Position numbers and translations under genes: made by a program
The notes under the pieces: model-generated
What the model saw: only the letters and a program-made list of their open reading frames with translations
Told to the model about the DNA's origin: nothing
Database searches by the model: none
Source: an uncultured delta proteobacterium
GTDB taxonomy: Bacteria; Desulfobacterota; RBG-13-43-22
DNA: 64,000 nucleotides
Assembly: GCA_963743305.1 (NCBI GenBank)
Contig: CAVUPH010000013.1
Location: forward strand, 96,001 to 160,000
Direction: 5' to 3'
In this document: positions 50,065 to 59,640 of the stretch, in pieces
How the letters are laid out: each line of letters begins with the position of its first letter
How positions within the stretch are numbered: the stretch's first letter is position 1

Positions 50065-50877
50065 TCAGGTCAGCTTGGCCCTTAATTTTGAACGGACCTG
50101 CGAATGAATTTGAGATACCCGTCCTTCGGAACAACCCAGAATGTGGCCGATCTCACTTCCGGAAAGTTCTTCGTAATAGTAGAGGGAAAGGAAGGTCTGC
50201 TCCCGCTGGGTGAGGCGATCAATGGCCTGGGCCAGGTGTTGTTTTAGATCCAGCAGAATGACCTGGAAGGACGGATCTTGTCTTTCATCCGCCGGTAAGG
50301 CCTCCAGCATCTGGTCGGAAGGATCACTGTCGGAGGAGTGCGGGGTCATTTTCAGGTTTTGAGCCGAAAGCCCATAGGCCTCCTTGACCAGCTTGTAAAA
50401 AAGATCCAGGGTTTTGCCGAGCGCCTGGGCCACTTCTTCGTCTTCCACCGGATAGCCTTTGGCTTGCTCCAACTCCCGCACCGTATTTTCCAGAAGCATT
50501 TTTTTGTGTCGGACGGATCGCGGGACCCAGTCCATGGCCCGCAGTTCGTCCAACATGGCTCCGCGGATGCGGTATTCCGCGTAGGTGGAAAAATTAACTT
50601 TTTTGTCCGGATCAAATTTTTGCAGGGCATCCATCAAACCGATCATCCCGACACTGATTAAGTCCTCTAGCGCAATATGATCCGGCAACCGCCTGACCAG
50701 TCGCTGGGCCACAAATTTTACCATAGGGCTGTGCTTGAGGATCAAGGCTTCCCGCTCGCTAAGGGAAATAGGGATGGCCTCGCAGACCGGCGGGGGCGTC
50801 TTCCCTTCTAATTTGTTGTATTCGCTTACGGTGGCTTTCACGTGTCCCTCCTGTTGCGTTCTCTGGCCAGGCAGCAT
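50065..50877 (-). CDS. fliA: FliA/WhiG (sigma-28) family sigma factor
   Basis: DLISVGMIGL, FSTYAEYRIRGAMLDELR.MDWVPRSVR, LYYYEEL, SEGRVSQIH. Confidence 0.88.
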   Translation of the reverse strand: MLPGQRTQQEGHVKATVSEYNKLEGKTPPPVCEAIPISLSEREALILKHSPMVKFVAQRLVRRLPDHIALEDLISVGMIGLMDALQKFDPDKKVNFSTYAEYRIRGAMLDELRAMDWVPRSVRHKKMLLENTVRELEQAKGYPVEDEEVAQALGKTLDLFYKLVKEAYGLSAQNLKMTPHSSDSDPSDQMLEALPADERQDPSFQVILLDLKQHLAQAIDRLTQREQTFLSLYYYEELSGSEIGHILGCSEGRVSQIHSQVRSKLRAKLT

Positions 50878-52092
50878 TTATACCCCCGGGCTGGTTTCCA
50901 AAACGGCAGTTTGGTTGATCAATCCCTGATCGAAAGGGGTGATCTCCGGATAATGTGGAAGTAGACCTGACCGTTCATCCCTTGGCGGTCCAAGGATCCT
51001 CCCCCCATCCGAGTGATCGGGAAAGCCGGTTGTTTGACCTTCTAATTTTTCCCAGGCTAGGCCGAAGTCCTTCCCCTTGAACAGGATCAAACAGGCTTCC
51101 ACCACCCGGGGATCAAAAAGCACGCCTGCTTGGGCCTCAATTTCCTCCAGGGCCTTGTCGATTCCCAAGGCCGGTCGGTAAGGCCGGTGGGAGGCGATGG
51201 CCTCCACCACGTCGGCCACCGCCAGTACTCTGGCCTCCAGGATAATCTCCGCTTTCGACAAGCCTTGAGGATATCCGCTACCGTCGATTCTTTCGTGGTG
51301 CTGATGCACGATATCGGCTATCGGCCAGGGGAAATCAATGGGCTCCAGCAACTGGTACCCCAATTGAGCATGGGATTTGACGATGGCGAATTCGATGGCT
51401 GATATTTTCCCCGGCTTGCTGAGGATCTCGGCGGGAATAAATATCTTGCCGACATCATGAACCAATCCGGCCATGCGGATTCCTTCGGTCTGAGGACGGG
51501 GAAGCCCCAGCTCGCCGGCAATCGCTGCGGCCAGCTTAGACACTCTTTGCTGGTGACCGGCGGTATAAGGATCCCTTATTTCTACGGTTGAGGCCACCAG
51601 ATTGATGGTCCCGGTGATGGATTTTTGCAGGTCATTTACGGTGGTCAGCAGGTCTTGGGTTCGTTCTCTGACCTTGGTTTCAAGGTTCTGAAGGTAGCGC
51701 CGGTTTTCAATCTCCAATTCGCGGCGGCGGAGGGCGTTCGACACCTGAATCATCAGTTGATTCAAACTAAAGGGTTTAATCAGGTATCCATAGGCGCCGA
51801 TAACCAAGGCTTCCTCCGCAGTCCGCAGGTCATCTATCCCGCTCTCCATGATAATGACCGTATCGGGATACCGATGGGCGACAAATTTAATCAATTCGAG
51901 ACCGGATTCCCCGGGCAGATTGATATCGCTGAGGATCAAGGAAAAGATCTGGCGCTGCAGGAGAGCCCGCGCTTCTTTGGCATTTCTGGCCAACTGGCAG
52001 ATATAACCATGCGAACGGAGCTCTTTAGCAATGAGTCGGAGGATATTTTCCTCGTCCTCTACGACCAAGATTGGATGTGAATCTATTTTCAT
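50878..52092 (-). CDS. Response regulator with HD-GYP phosphodiesterase domain
   Basis: REC (VVEDE, SDINLP); HDVGK, HHERIDGSGYP. Confidence 0.92.
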   Translation of the reverse strand: MKIDSHPILVVEDEENILRLIAKELRSHGYICQLARNAKEARALLQRQIFSLILSDINLPGESGLELIKFVAHRYPDTVIIMESGIDDLRTAEEALVIGAYGYLIKPFSLNQLMIQVSNALRRRELEIENRRYLQNLETKVRERTQDLLTTVNDLQKSITGTINLVASTVEIRDPYTAGHQQRVSKLAAAIAGELGLPRPQTEGIRMAGLVHDVGKIFIPAEILSKPGKISAIEFAIVKSHAQLGYQLLEPIDFPWPIADIVHQHHERIDGSGYPQGLSKAEIILEARVLAVADVVEAIASHRPYRPALGIDKALEEIEAQAGVLFDPRVVEACLILFKGKDFGLAWEKLEGQTTGFPDHSDGGRILGPPRDERSGLLPHYPEITPFDQGLINQTAVLETSPGV

Positions 52093-52139
52093 TTCATCTC
52101 CCGAAAGGTTGCATCTTAGACTTGTTAATGGAATTATAC

Positions 52140-52154
52140 TCAAGAACCATGCCA
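52140..52154 (-). promoter_or_regulatory. Putative sigma-54 promoter
   Basis: Minus strand TGGCAT-GGTTC-TTGA (near-consensus TGGCAC-N5-TTGC). Confidence 0.6.
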
Positions 52155-52240
52155 GGAAAGGCGAATATAGACAAAGGCTGGATTAACGAGGAGTTATTGA
52201 AGCAGGCCCACGGGGGTTGAACTCGATATCCGGTTTGGAC

Positions 52241-52275
52241 GAGACGATTTGTCTCACTTCTGAGAAATATGAGAC
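52241..52275. promoter_or_regulatory. Putative enhancer (UAS) for the adjacent sigma54 activator
   Basis: Overlapping GAGAC/GTCTC and TCTCA/TGAGA inverted repeats about 90-120 bp upstream of the sigma54 box. Confidence 0.5.
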
Positions 52276-52278
52276 GGA

Positions 52279-53604
52279 TTAATTATTTTGATTTCTTATT
52301 TTTTTCAGTTTCCGATAGAGCGTCGCCCGGGAGATCCCCAGGGCTTTGGCCGTCTGGGCGACTTCTCCTTGATGCTCCTTCAGGGTTGATAAGATGGCCG
52401 AGGCCTTGTTCCCCTGGTAGTCTTCAGGAGGGGTCCCGAGACTGGAGATAGGTTTGGTGCCCAATAAGCCGGGAAAATGCTCCTCGGCCAGGGGGGCGCC
52501 CCGTGATAGCAAACAGGCCCTTTCCAGGATATTTCGCAATTCCCTGACATTCCCGGGCCAGGGGTATTGTTGCAACAGCTTGATTATTTTCGTCGGCACC
52601 CCGATCTCGGATTTTGCCATTGAAGCCAGGAGGTGGGAGACCAGTCCCTCCATATCTTCCAGCCGTCTCCGTAAAGGAGGAATTTGAATGGGAAACACCT
52701 GTATGCGGAAAAACAGGTCCTTGCGGAATCGCTGTTGGGCAATCTCTTCTTCCAGATTTTTATTGGTCGCGCACAACAGCCGGAAGTCACTGTGGCGGGA
52801 TTTCACATCTCCAACCCGACGGAACCATTTATCTTCAATGACCTTAAGGAATTGGGCCTGAACCTCCAAGTCCATATCACCGATTTCGTCCAAGAAAAGG
52901 GTGCCCCGATCGGCAATCTCGATCAGTCCCTGCCGGTTCTGGATGGCCGAGGTAAAAGCCCCGCGAACAACGCCGAAAAGTTCGCTGGCCATCAGTGCTC
53001 CTTTCAGACCGGAACAATTCACTTCAACCAAAGGTTCGGATCCGCGCTGGCCGTGTTGGTGTATCCATTGGGCCAGCAATCCCTTTCCGGTTCCGGTTTC
53101 TCCCAAAATTAATATCGTGGAGTCATTCTCAGCCGCCAGAGAGGCGAGTTCTTTGACCAAGGCCATGCCCGGACTCGGCCCCCAAAAAAAATTCTCCCGG
53201 TAGTTCGATCGTTCTTTGGCCGTCCGCTGCCGGCGCAACGCGCCCCATTCCAGAGCCTTTTGGAGAAAAATCTGCAGGCCGGCCATTTCTACCGGCTTGG
53301 GCAGAAAATTATCCGCACCCCGGCGCATGGCTTCCACGGCTTTCGGGATGTCGCCTTCCCCGCTGATGACAATAATGGGTAGCCCGGGATAATTTTCCCG
53401 GAGTTCCGGTATCCAATCCAGCCCATTGCCGTCGGGAAGGTTTAAATCGAGCAAGAGGGCATCAAAGCGCCGGTTCAGGATGGTTTCCCGAGCTTCTTTC
53501 AAGGAGGAGGCTTCAGAGACGATAAAACCGGCTTCAGCCAGGTATTTATAAAACAATACCCGGATTGCCGGATCATCATCGACCACTAGAATTTGAGGAT
53601 TCAT
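52279..53604 (-). CDS. NtrC-type sigma54-dependent response regulator
   Basis: REC; GETGTGKG; GAFTSA; FLDEIG; WPGNVRELRN; Fis HTH. Confidence 0.93.
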   Translation of the reverse strand: MNPQILVVDDDPAIRVLFYKYLAEAGFIVSEASSLKEARETILNRRFDALLLDLNLPDGNGLDWIPELRENYPGLPIIVISGEGDIPKAVEAMRRGADNFLPKPVEMAGLQIFLQKALEWGALRRQRTAKERSNYRENFFWGPSPGMALVKELASLAAENDSTILILGETGTGKGLLAQWIHQHGQRGSEPLVEVNCSGLKGALMASELFGVVRGAFTSAIQNRQGLIEIADRGTLFLDEIGDMDLEVQAQFLKVIEDKWFRRVGDVKSRHSDFRLLCATNKNLEEEIAQQRFRKDLFFRIQVFPIQIPPLRRRLEDMEGLVSHLLASMAKSEIGVPTKIIKLLQQYPWPGNVRELRNILERACLLSRGAPLAEEHFPGLLGTKPISSLGTPPEDYQGNKASAILSTLKEHQGEVAQTAKALGISRATLYRKLKKIRNQNN

Positions 53605-53718
53605 CCTCATCCTCCTTGAAACGCCAAAGGCGGGTTTCTGCCGACCGAGTCTCGAACGGAAGTTCGGAAGCGACGGCGTCCTTTTGCCTTCAATCGCCTC
53701 CGGCCTTTTCCCCGGCAG

Positions 53719-54726
53719 TCATTCGAATTTGACCGCCCCTTTCTTGAACACGCGCAGACAAGCATCCACAACCCCGGGGTCGTAGAGTACGCCCCGGTTT
53801 CTGAGAATCTCATCCAGCGCGAGATCGGTTCCCCTGGCCGGGCGATAAGGCCGGTGGGAGGCCATGGCTTCCACTACGTCGGCAACACACAGGATCCGGG
53901 CCTCGAGAAGAATATCCTCTCCCGAAAGCCCCTGGGGATAGCCGCTGCCGTTCATTTTCTCGTGATGCTCTAATACTATTCGGGCGATCGGCCACGGAAA
54001 TTCAATATCGGCTATGATAGCATAGCCGGCTTGGGGGTGCGTCTTAATAAGCTCGAATTCATTTTCCGTCAACTCGTTCGGCTTGCTCAGTATCTGCGCG
54101 GGCACGGATATTTTTCCCAGATCATGTATCATTCCGGCCAGGCGAATCCCTTCCAGGCGATCTTTCGTCAGGTTCATTTCCGTGGCCAGGGCAGCGGCAA
54201 GATCGGCCACCCGCCGCTGATGGCCCGCGGTGTAGGGGTCCCGGGCTTCAACCGTCCGGGTCATCGCCTGTATGATCCCCTCCAGGGCCTTTTTCAGTTT
54301 GGCGGTTCGCTCCTCCACCATCTGCTCAAGCTCCTGGCGGTACATGCGGTTGGCGATCTCCAACTTTCGCCGCCGCAAGACATTCCGGATATTAATGAGG
54401 AGCTCGTGAAGATTAAAAGGCTTTAAAACATACCCCCAGGCCCCCAATTGGATGGCGGCGTCGGCGATTTTAGAATCATCCACCGCCGTCACGATGATGA
54501 CCGCTGTGTCCCCATACTCCGTCGCGATATGCCTGGCCAAATCAATGCCGGATTCCCCCGGCATGTTCACATCGCAGAGCGCCAGATTGAAGGTTTGTTC
54601 ACCCAGGCATTTTCGGGCTTCCGCCGCATTAGCGGCCAGGGTACAGGCATGACCGTTCGTCGAGAGTGTTCGGTCCAGCAAGCGACGCATCTGTTCTTCG
54701 TCGTCAACGATCAAGATACTTGCCAT
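53719..54726 (-). CDS. Response regulator with HD-GYP domain (paralog of 50878-52092)
   Basis: IVDDE, CDVNMP; HDLGK, HHEKMNGSGYP. Confidence 0.92.
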   Translation of the reverse strand: MASILIVDDEEQMRRLLDRTLSTNGHACTLAANAAEARKCLGEQTFNLALCDVNMPGESGIDLARHIATEYGDTAVIIVTAVDDSKIADAAIQLGAWGYVLKPFNLHELLINIRNVLRRRKLEIANRMYRQELEQMVEERTAKLKKALEGIIQAMTRTVEARDPYTAGHQRRVADLAAALATEMNLTKDRLEGIRLAGMIHDLGKISVPAQILSKPNELTENEFELIKTHPQAGYAIIADIEFPWPIARIVLEHHEKMNGSGYPQGLSGEDILLEARILCVADVVEAMASHRPYRPARGTDLALDEILRNRGVLYDPGVVDACLRVFKKGAVKFE

Positions 54727-55465
54727 GCGCTATCCTCAACCATTATCTTCCGATCGCGCGGGGTTTTTGGGGGGAGGGCCTCGTCGCTCGGCCTGGAAGG
54801 GCAGCCGCCGAACCCGTGGGACAGGATTGCCTTTCGACCGCGGGTCAGAGCGCTGGAGGTGACGGTGAGTACCGGAATGTCCCGCGGGGTGTCGTCCTGG
54901 TAAACCCCCTTGTCGGCCTACCTAAACCCTAATGTATCTATAAATTATACTGCTCCGGGAGACAAAAGCAAGTGAATTTGGTGCTGTAATGGCAGTTGCA
55001 ATGGCCTAAAAGGTCGTCGTAGTCGTATTCCTAGGTGTTGGGACACATCTGATGTATGGTGGTTGCATATAGTCATCCGGTCCTCCGTCTCCATCGATAC
55101 TCTGGCCTCAGAGACCGTTTTCGCTCGGAGCATCGCAGCCCCGTTTAGGCCAGAAGGTGAAAATATTTTTCACGGTCAGAGAAGGGACGCCACTCCAGGA
55201 TCTAAATGCCGACGGCAGGTAATTCCCGGAAGAGGCAGCGGAGATCTTTAGCGGGGCAGGATGATGATGGCCGAGGCCGTCAGCAGGAGCCCAACTACTT
55301 GGAAATGGTGAAGCATTTTTCCCAGGGCCACAGATATCCCGTATCGAAATTTGAAAAAAAATTTTATAATACCATCCCAATCAGAGACAAGGGAAAAAAA
55401 GAAAACGGCAGATTAAGCGGATAGTCAAACCATCCATCGGCAGAAACGGAAAAAGGGGTTACCAG

Positions 55466-55726
55466 ATGAAGAATAAATCAAGAATGGCTACCAACAAACG
55501 AAAAAAAATCTCGCCGCAGCTCGGGGAGGCGGACCCGGTCGAACGAAGGGAGTGCCTTTGCCTCCAGTGCGGTATATCGAATTATCTCGTACTGGCAGAT
55601 CTGCCTCCGGATGCCTGGGAACCTTCGGAAACCAAGGTTTTGGCCGGCATATTTTGTTCCGACTGCGGCGGCCCCTTGCTGGTCCGAGGGGCCGCCGGAG
55701 AAGAGCCTTTTTACCCAACCCAATAA
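55466..55726 (+). CDS. Small Zn-ribbon-like hypothetical protein
   Basis: CLQCG ... CSDCGG pairs. Confidence 0.45.
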   Translation: MKNKSRMATNKRKKISPQLGEADPVERRECLCLQCGISNYLVLADLPPDAWEPSETKVLAGIFCSDCGGPLLVRGAAGEEPFYPTQ

Positions 55727-55818
55727 CCGGAGGGATTTCCCATGAATCCGGCTTTTCGCCTATTGTTTTTCACCATAAATAGATCAACCTATCCCCATTT
55801 GATACCAGGAGGCCTGGA

Positions 55819-56469
55819 ATGAAAAAGCAAGGTTCGTTAACAGATTTTTGCCGGTTTTTGCTCTTGATTTTATTCTTGATCCCGATGCTATCCTTGTCTC
55901 CCGAAGCAGTCTATAATTCCCGATACAATAAATTTTGGGCCGCCTATGGGGGAGGATCGGCCACGAATCCCCTGGTGATCGCCGACAGCGGCCACCAGGT
56001 AATGAGCGGGGGATATCCCAACTTCTATAATCCTTATAAAAACATGGTGGATCAGGAATTGACAAGGCCGCCCCAGGCCCATGTGCAGGCCACCTGGCAT
56101 CGGACCGGCAACAAGGTTACCTTTTCCATCCAGGTGACTAACCAAAGCGGCGTCTCCCTGTCCTATGCGGAGAACAAGGCCGCGGTCCATGCCGTGGTCT
56201 ATGAAGACGCCAAGGTGGGGGTTACTTCCCGGTATGCGCGGTCGGCCGTATTTCAGAATCTCTCCACCGCACTGGCTTCGGGGGCCTCGGCGACCTTTAC
56301 GCTGGAGACGCCCGACCTGACCGTTGTGGATTGGAACAAGCTGCATTTTGTGGCCCTGGTGGATTACCGACCGGCCAGCAGTGGGGCCTATGACCTGCTC
56401 CAGGCGGCGGTGGCTCTACCGGCCGTGTCCGACCGGGCTAGCGGATTAAAAGAAGTTGGTCCGGTATAG
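55819..56469 (+). CDS. Exported Omp28-related/Ig-like protein, possibly internally deleted
   Basis: AGGAGG RBS, signal peptide, PLVIADSG, VHAVVYED, WNKLHFVALVD. Confidence 0.5.
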   Translation: MKKQGSLTDFCRFLLLILFLIPMLSLSPEAVYNSRYNKFWAAYGGGSATNPLVIADSGHQVMSGGYPNFYNPYKNMVDQELTRPPQAHVQATWHRTGNKVTFSIQVTNQSGVSLSYAENKAAVHAVVYEDAKVGVTSRYARSAVFQNLSTALASGASATFTLETPDLTVVDWNKLHFVALVDYRPASSGAYDLLQAAVALPAVSDRASGLKEVGPV

Positions 56470-56790
56470 ATGCCAGATTTCCTCTTCTTCGTCCTCGTGC
56501 AGCAGGATCAGCGGCCTGGCGCCCAGGTGGCACAGGAGGTTGGGAGCGGAGCCGAAGAGGCGGCAGATTAAGGGTCGGACCGGATAGATGGTGCAGCCTC
56601 GTTCGGAGACATAGGGGCAGGTAGTGCCCTCGGCTAACTTGAAAATGATTCCGTTGGTTTTTAGGTACTTTTTGATACGCCGGGTTTCTATCTTGGTCTG
56701 GGAAGGTATTCCAAAGGCCTGACAGCAGGCCGTACAACCCGGAAGGCAAGGGACCCCGGGGATCAGGGCATAAAGATCCTGGATTTTCAA
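56446..56790 (-). CDS. YkgJ-family Cys-cluster protein
   Basis: CLPGCTACC, CPY...CTIYPVRPLICRLFG. Confidence 0.85.
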   Translation of the reverse strand: MKIQDLYALIPGVPCLPGCTACCQAFGIPSQTKIETRRIKKYLKTNGIIFKLAEGTTCPYVSERGCTIYPVRPLICRLFGSAPNLLCHLGARPLILLHEDEEEEIWHLYRTNFF

Positions 56791-56805
56791 ATGAGGAGGG
56801 TGTCC

Positions 56806-57549
56806 TTAAGGAAGCAGTTCCTTTAGATCCTGCCAGTGGGAGATGCGAGGGACGTCGAAATCGGGTTCTTCCTCCCGGGCCGCGGTGTAGCCCGGAAAGG
56901 TCGGGACCTGGTTATCCCGGACATAGGTCATCCAAACCGGGTTCAGCCCGGCCTCCTTCGCCCCTTGGATGTCCGATTCCCAGTCGTCCCCGATAAAAAA
57001 AATTTGATCTCCTTCTACCCCCAATTCGCTGATCAGTTGTTCGAAAACCGAGAGATGGGGTTTCCGGTATCCTAAATCCCCGGAGATCAAGATTACCTCA
57101 AAATAAGAAGTCAGCCCAAAGTAGTCCAACAGGCCGCGGGCCGCGGGCGGGTGGGTGAAATTGGAGAGTAAGCCCAGCCGGTATTTGCCCTGTAGACCGG
57201 CCAACATCTCGCCCGTCCCGGGGATCAGACGGCAGAAGGGATAAAAGGCCGAGAAGTAGGCTTCCACGGCCGCGGCGACCCGGGCATCCTGCGGAACCAG
57301 GGGATACCCCATATCCGTTAACGCCGCGCTGATCCAGAATCGGTTGTGGGTTTCTTTTCCTTCCCGGTGAGCTTCTTGGATGAAGCGAACCGCCGCCTCG
57401 CGATAAACGGTCTGGAACCGGGCCGGATCAAGATCCAGCCCGTCGGCGCGAAGCTTGTCGGTGAGCCTAGTTAAAGCCTCCCCGACGGCCCCCGGTCCGG
57501 CCATGATCAGGGTGTTGAAGAGGTCAAACCCGATCGCTTTGATAGGCAA
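56806..57549 (-). CDS. HAD family hydrolase
   Basis: FDLFNTL, LSN, RKP, IGDDWESDIQGA. Confidence 0.9.
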   Translation of the reverse strand: MPIKAIGFDLFNTLIMAGPGAVGEALTRLTDKLRADGLDLDPARFQTVYREAAVRFIQEAHREGKETHNRFWISAALTDMGYPLVPQDARVAAAVEAYFSAFYPFCRLIPGTGEMLAGLQGKYRLGLLSNFTHPPAARGLLDYFGLTSYFEVILISGDLGYRKPHLSVFEQLISELGVEGDQIFFIGDDWESDIQGAKEAGLNPVWMTYVRDNQVPTFPGYTAAREEEPDFDVPRISHWQDLKELLP

Positions 57550-57553
57550 CGGG

Positions 57554-58003
57554 TTACTCTATTCTTCTCAGGTTAATGGTCAGGTTCTCCTTGGCCCCCG
57601 GGTAAACGTCGATAAACCGCAGATAATCCCGGTAGCCCCCTTTCTTGGCCTCCACCTTGTGCCGCCCCGCCAACACCCCTTCCTCATAGGTGTTGTCTTC
57701 CCGGGGATCCAGCTTGTGTCCGTCGATATACACCGCCGCTTCCGATGGTTCAACTTCGATAAAAATCCAGCCGGAACCTTTGGCCCCTTTGGTGCCCTGA
57801 TAATTGTCCGGGGTCGGGGGATAATAGCCGGGTGGATAATGGTTGGGGTAATATTGGACCGGGGTCAGGGCAGGGGGATTGATCGAGGGGACATCGATCA
57901 GAGCGGCTGCCTGCACCGTTCCGCCAGAACCTAAAATTAGCAGAGTGAGAATCAATAGAAAAGAGGAAACGACAAAGTGATCTTTTGTTACTCGGAAAAA
58001 CAT
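57554..58003 (-). CDS. Exported PEGA domain protein
   Basis: Signal/TM segment, VEPSEAAVYIDG, GRHKVEAKKGGY. Confidence 0.8.
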   Translation of the reverse strand: MFFRVTKDHFVVSSFLLILTLLILGSGGTVQAAALIDVPSINPPALTPVQYYPNHYPPGYYPPTPDNYQGTKGAKGSGWIFIEVEPSEAAVYIDGHKLDPREDNTYEEGVLAGRHKVEAKKGGYRDYLRFIDVYPGAKENLTINLRRIE

Positions 58004-58086
58004 AGTGACCCCCTCAGGGATTATCAAACCAGGGTGAAAATAGGATCTGAAGCTCAGCCCCACAGGCCTTGAACCGTCCAATCAAA

Positions 58087-58416
58087 TTAATCCAGGACCT
58101 CCATCAACTTGCCGCAGCAGGGAGGAATCCGGTCCCCTTTCTTGAGGTCCGCGTATTTGTTGCAGGTCTGGCAGTAGCAGCGGCCGTCCTTATCCATATG
58201 CACCTCCGCGTACTCCCCGGCTCCTTTTACTTCCAAGCCTTCAATAGCAAAGCGGGCAAATTTGTTTTTCTGGGGGAGAAATTCGCCGACCGGGACCAAC
58301 TTCTTACTGAAACGGACACAGTCGATCATGATTCTCCAGAGCGCTTCGATTTTTTTGGTTTCGTCGGCGGTTTCCGGAGTAAATTCCACCAAATTCTTTT
58401 CGATGTTGATTTGCAT
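58087..58416 (-). CDS. Small hypothetical protein with C-terminal CxxC...CC metal site
   Basis: GGAGG RBS; KKLVPVGE; CQTC...PCCGKLM. Confidence 0.75.
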   Translation of the reverse strand: MQINIEKNLVEFTPETADETKKIEALWRIMIDCVRFSKKLVPVGEFLPQKNKFARFAIEGLEVKGAGEYAEVHMDKDGRCYCQTCNKYADLKKGDRIPPCCGKLMEVLD

Positions 58417-58644
58417 GGGTCCACCTCCAAGTCATTAGGGGTTAATTTGATAACTATAAGGGATGCCACTCAAAAGGTCAAGGCAGGGTTAAAGAGACAT
58501 TCAACCGGGTAGCCATTCCAATAGCCTGGGCGCCGGGCATTGTCAATCAATGGATAGCCGAGTCTTTGGCCACTGGATGCTTTTTCATAGGGAACCAGCC
58601 GGGTTGATGGTATAGTGTTCTCAGGTAACTCTACATAATCAAAG

Positions 58645-59622
58645 GTGATGAATATGCCCGATGAAATCTATCCCGATCTCTACCGGCTGGAAATCCCCCT
58701 GCCGGAGAGCCCGCTCAAATACCTCAATTCCTATGTCCTCAAGAGTCCGGACCGGAACCTGATCATCGACACCGGCCTCAATCGACGGGAGTGCCTGGAG
58801 GCCATGCAGAGCGGCCTGGCGAAGTTGTCCGTCGATTTGAAGCGAACCGATATTTTCATCACCCACTTGCACGCCGACCACTTCGGGCTGGTTAACAAGC
58901 TGGCCACGGATTCCAACCGCATTTTCTTCAGCCGTCCCGAAAAGGAGCTGATCGAATCCTGGGAAGGCTTCGAGGCCATGATCGCCTACGGCGGCCGAAA
59001 CGGTTTTCCGGAAGAGCAATTGCGGGCCGCCCTGGATAAACACCCGGGGAAAAAATACGGCACCCAGTGGATACCGGACCTGAGCCTCCTGGACGACGGG
59101 GACCTCATCGAATGCGGTCGTTATTCATTCCGTTGCGTCACCACTCCCGGTCACACCCTGGGGCATATCTGCCTTTACGAGGCCGAGCGAAAGATTCTCA
59201 TCGCCGGCGACCATATCCTGGACGACATCACCCCCAACATTCAATGCTGGACCGATATTCAGAATCCTTTAAAATGGTACCTGGCCAGCCTCGATAAAAC
59301 GGCGGCCCTGGAAGTGGACCAGGTCCTGCCGGGACACCGGCGGCTCATCCGGGACCATCGCTCCCGGATCGACGAACTGAAGAGGCACCATAAAAATCGT
59401 TTGGCGGAAGTCCTGGAAATCCTCAATAGCGGACCCCAGAGCGCTTATCGCGTTGCCTCCCGGATGACCTGGGATATCAAGTGTGATTCCTGGGAGGCCT
59501 TCCCGGTGACCCAAAAATGGTTTGCCACCGGGGAAGCCATTTCTCATTTGAGATATCTGGAGGAAGAGGGTAAAATTTTAAAAGGGCAGCAAAGCGGAGC
59601 CATCCGATATAGCTCATCTTGA
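58645..59622 (+). CDS. Metallo-beta-lactamase fold hydrolase
   Basis: THLHADHFG, PGHT.GH, GDH, PGH. Confidence 0.92.
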   Translation: MMNMPDEIYPDLYRLEIPLPESPLKYLNSYVLKSPDRNLIIDTGLNRRECLEAMQSGLAKLSVDLKRTDIFITHLHADHFGLVNKLATDSNRIFFSRPEKELIESWEGFEAMIAYGGRNGFPEEQLRAALDKHPGKKYGTQWIPDLSLLDDGDLIECGRYSFRCVTTPGHTLGHICLYEAERKILIAGDHILDDITPNIQCWTDIQNPLKWYLASLDKTAALEVDQVLPGHRRLIRDHRSRIDELKRHHKNRLAEVLEILNSGPQSAYRVASRMTWDIKCDSWEAFPVTQKWFATGEAISHLRYLEEEGKILKGQQSGAIRYSSS

Positions 59623-59640
59623 ATAGGGGAGAACTCACCC

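Noticed and set aside
55170-55240. Possible c-di-GMP-I riboswitch (GGGACGCC...TCTAAA...GGCAG)
   Set aside because: Lacks the GGCAAAC/GAAA and GCAAAG core and the closing P1 stem
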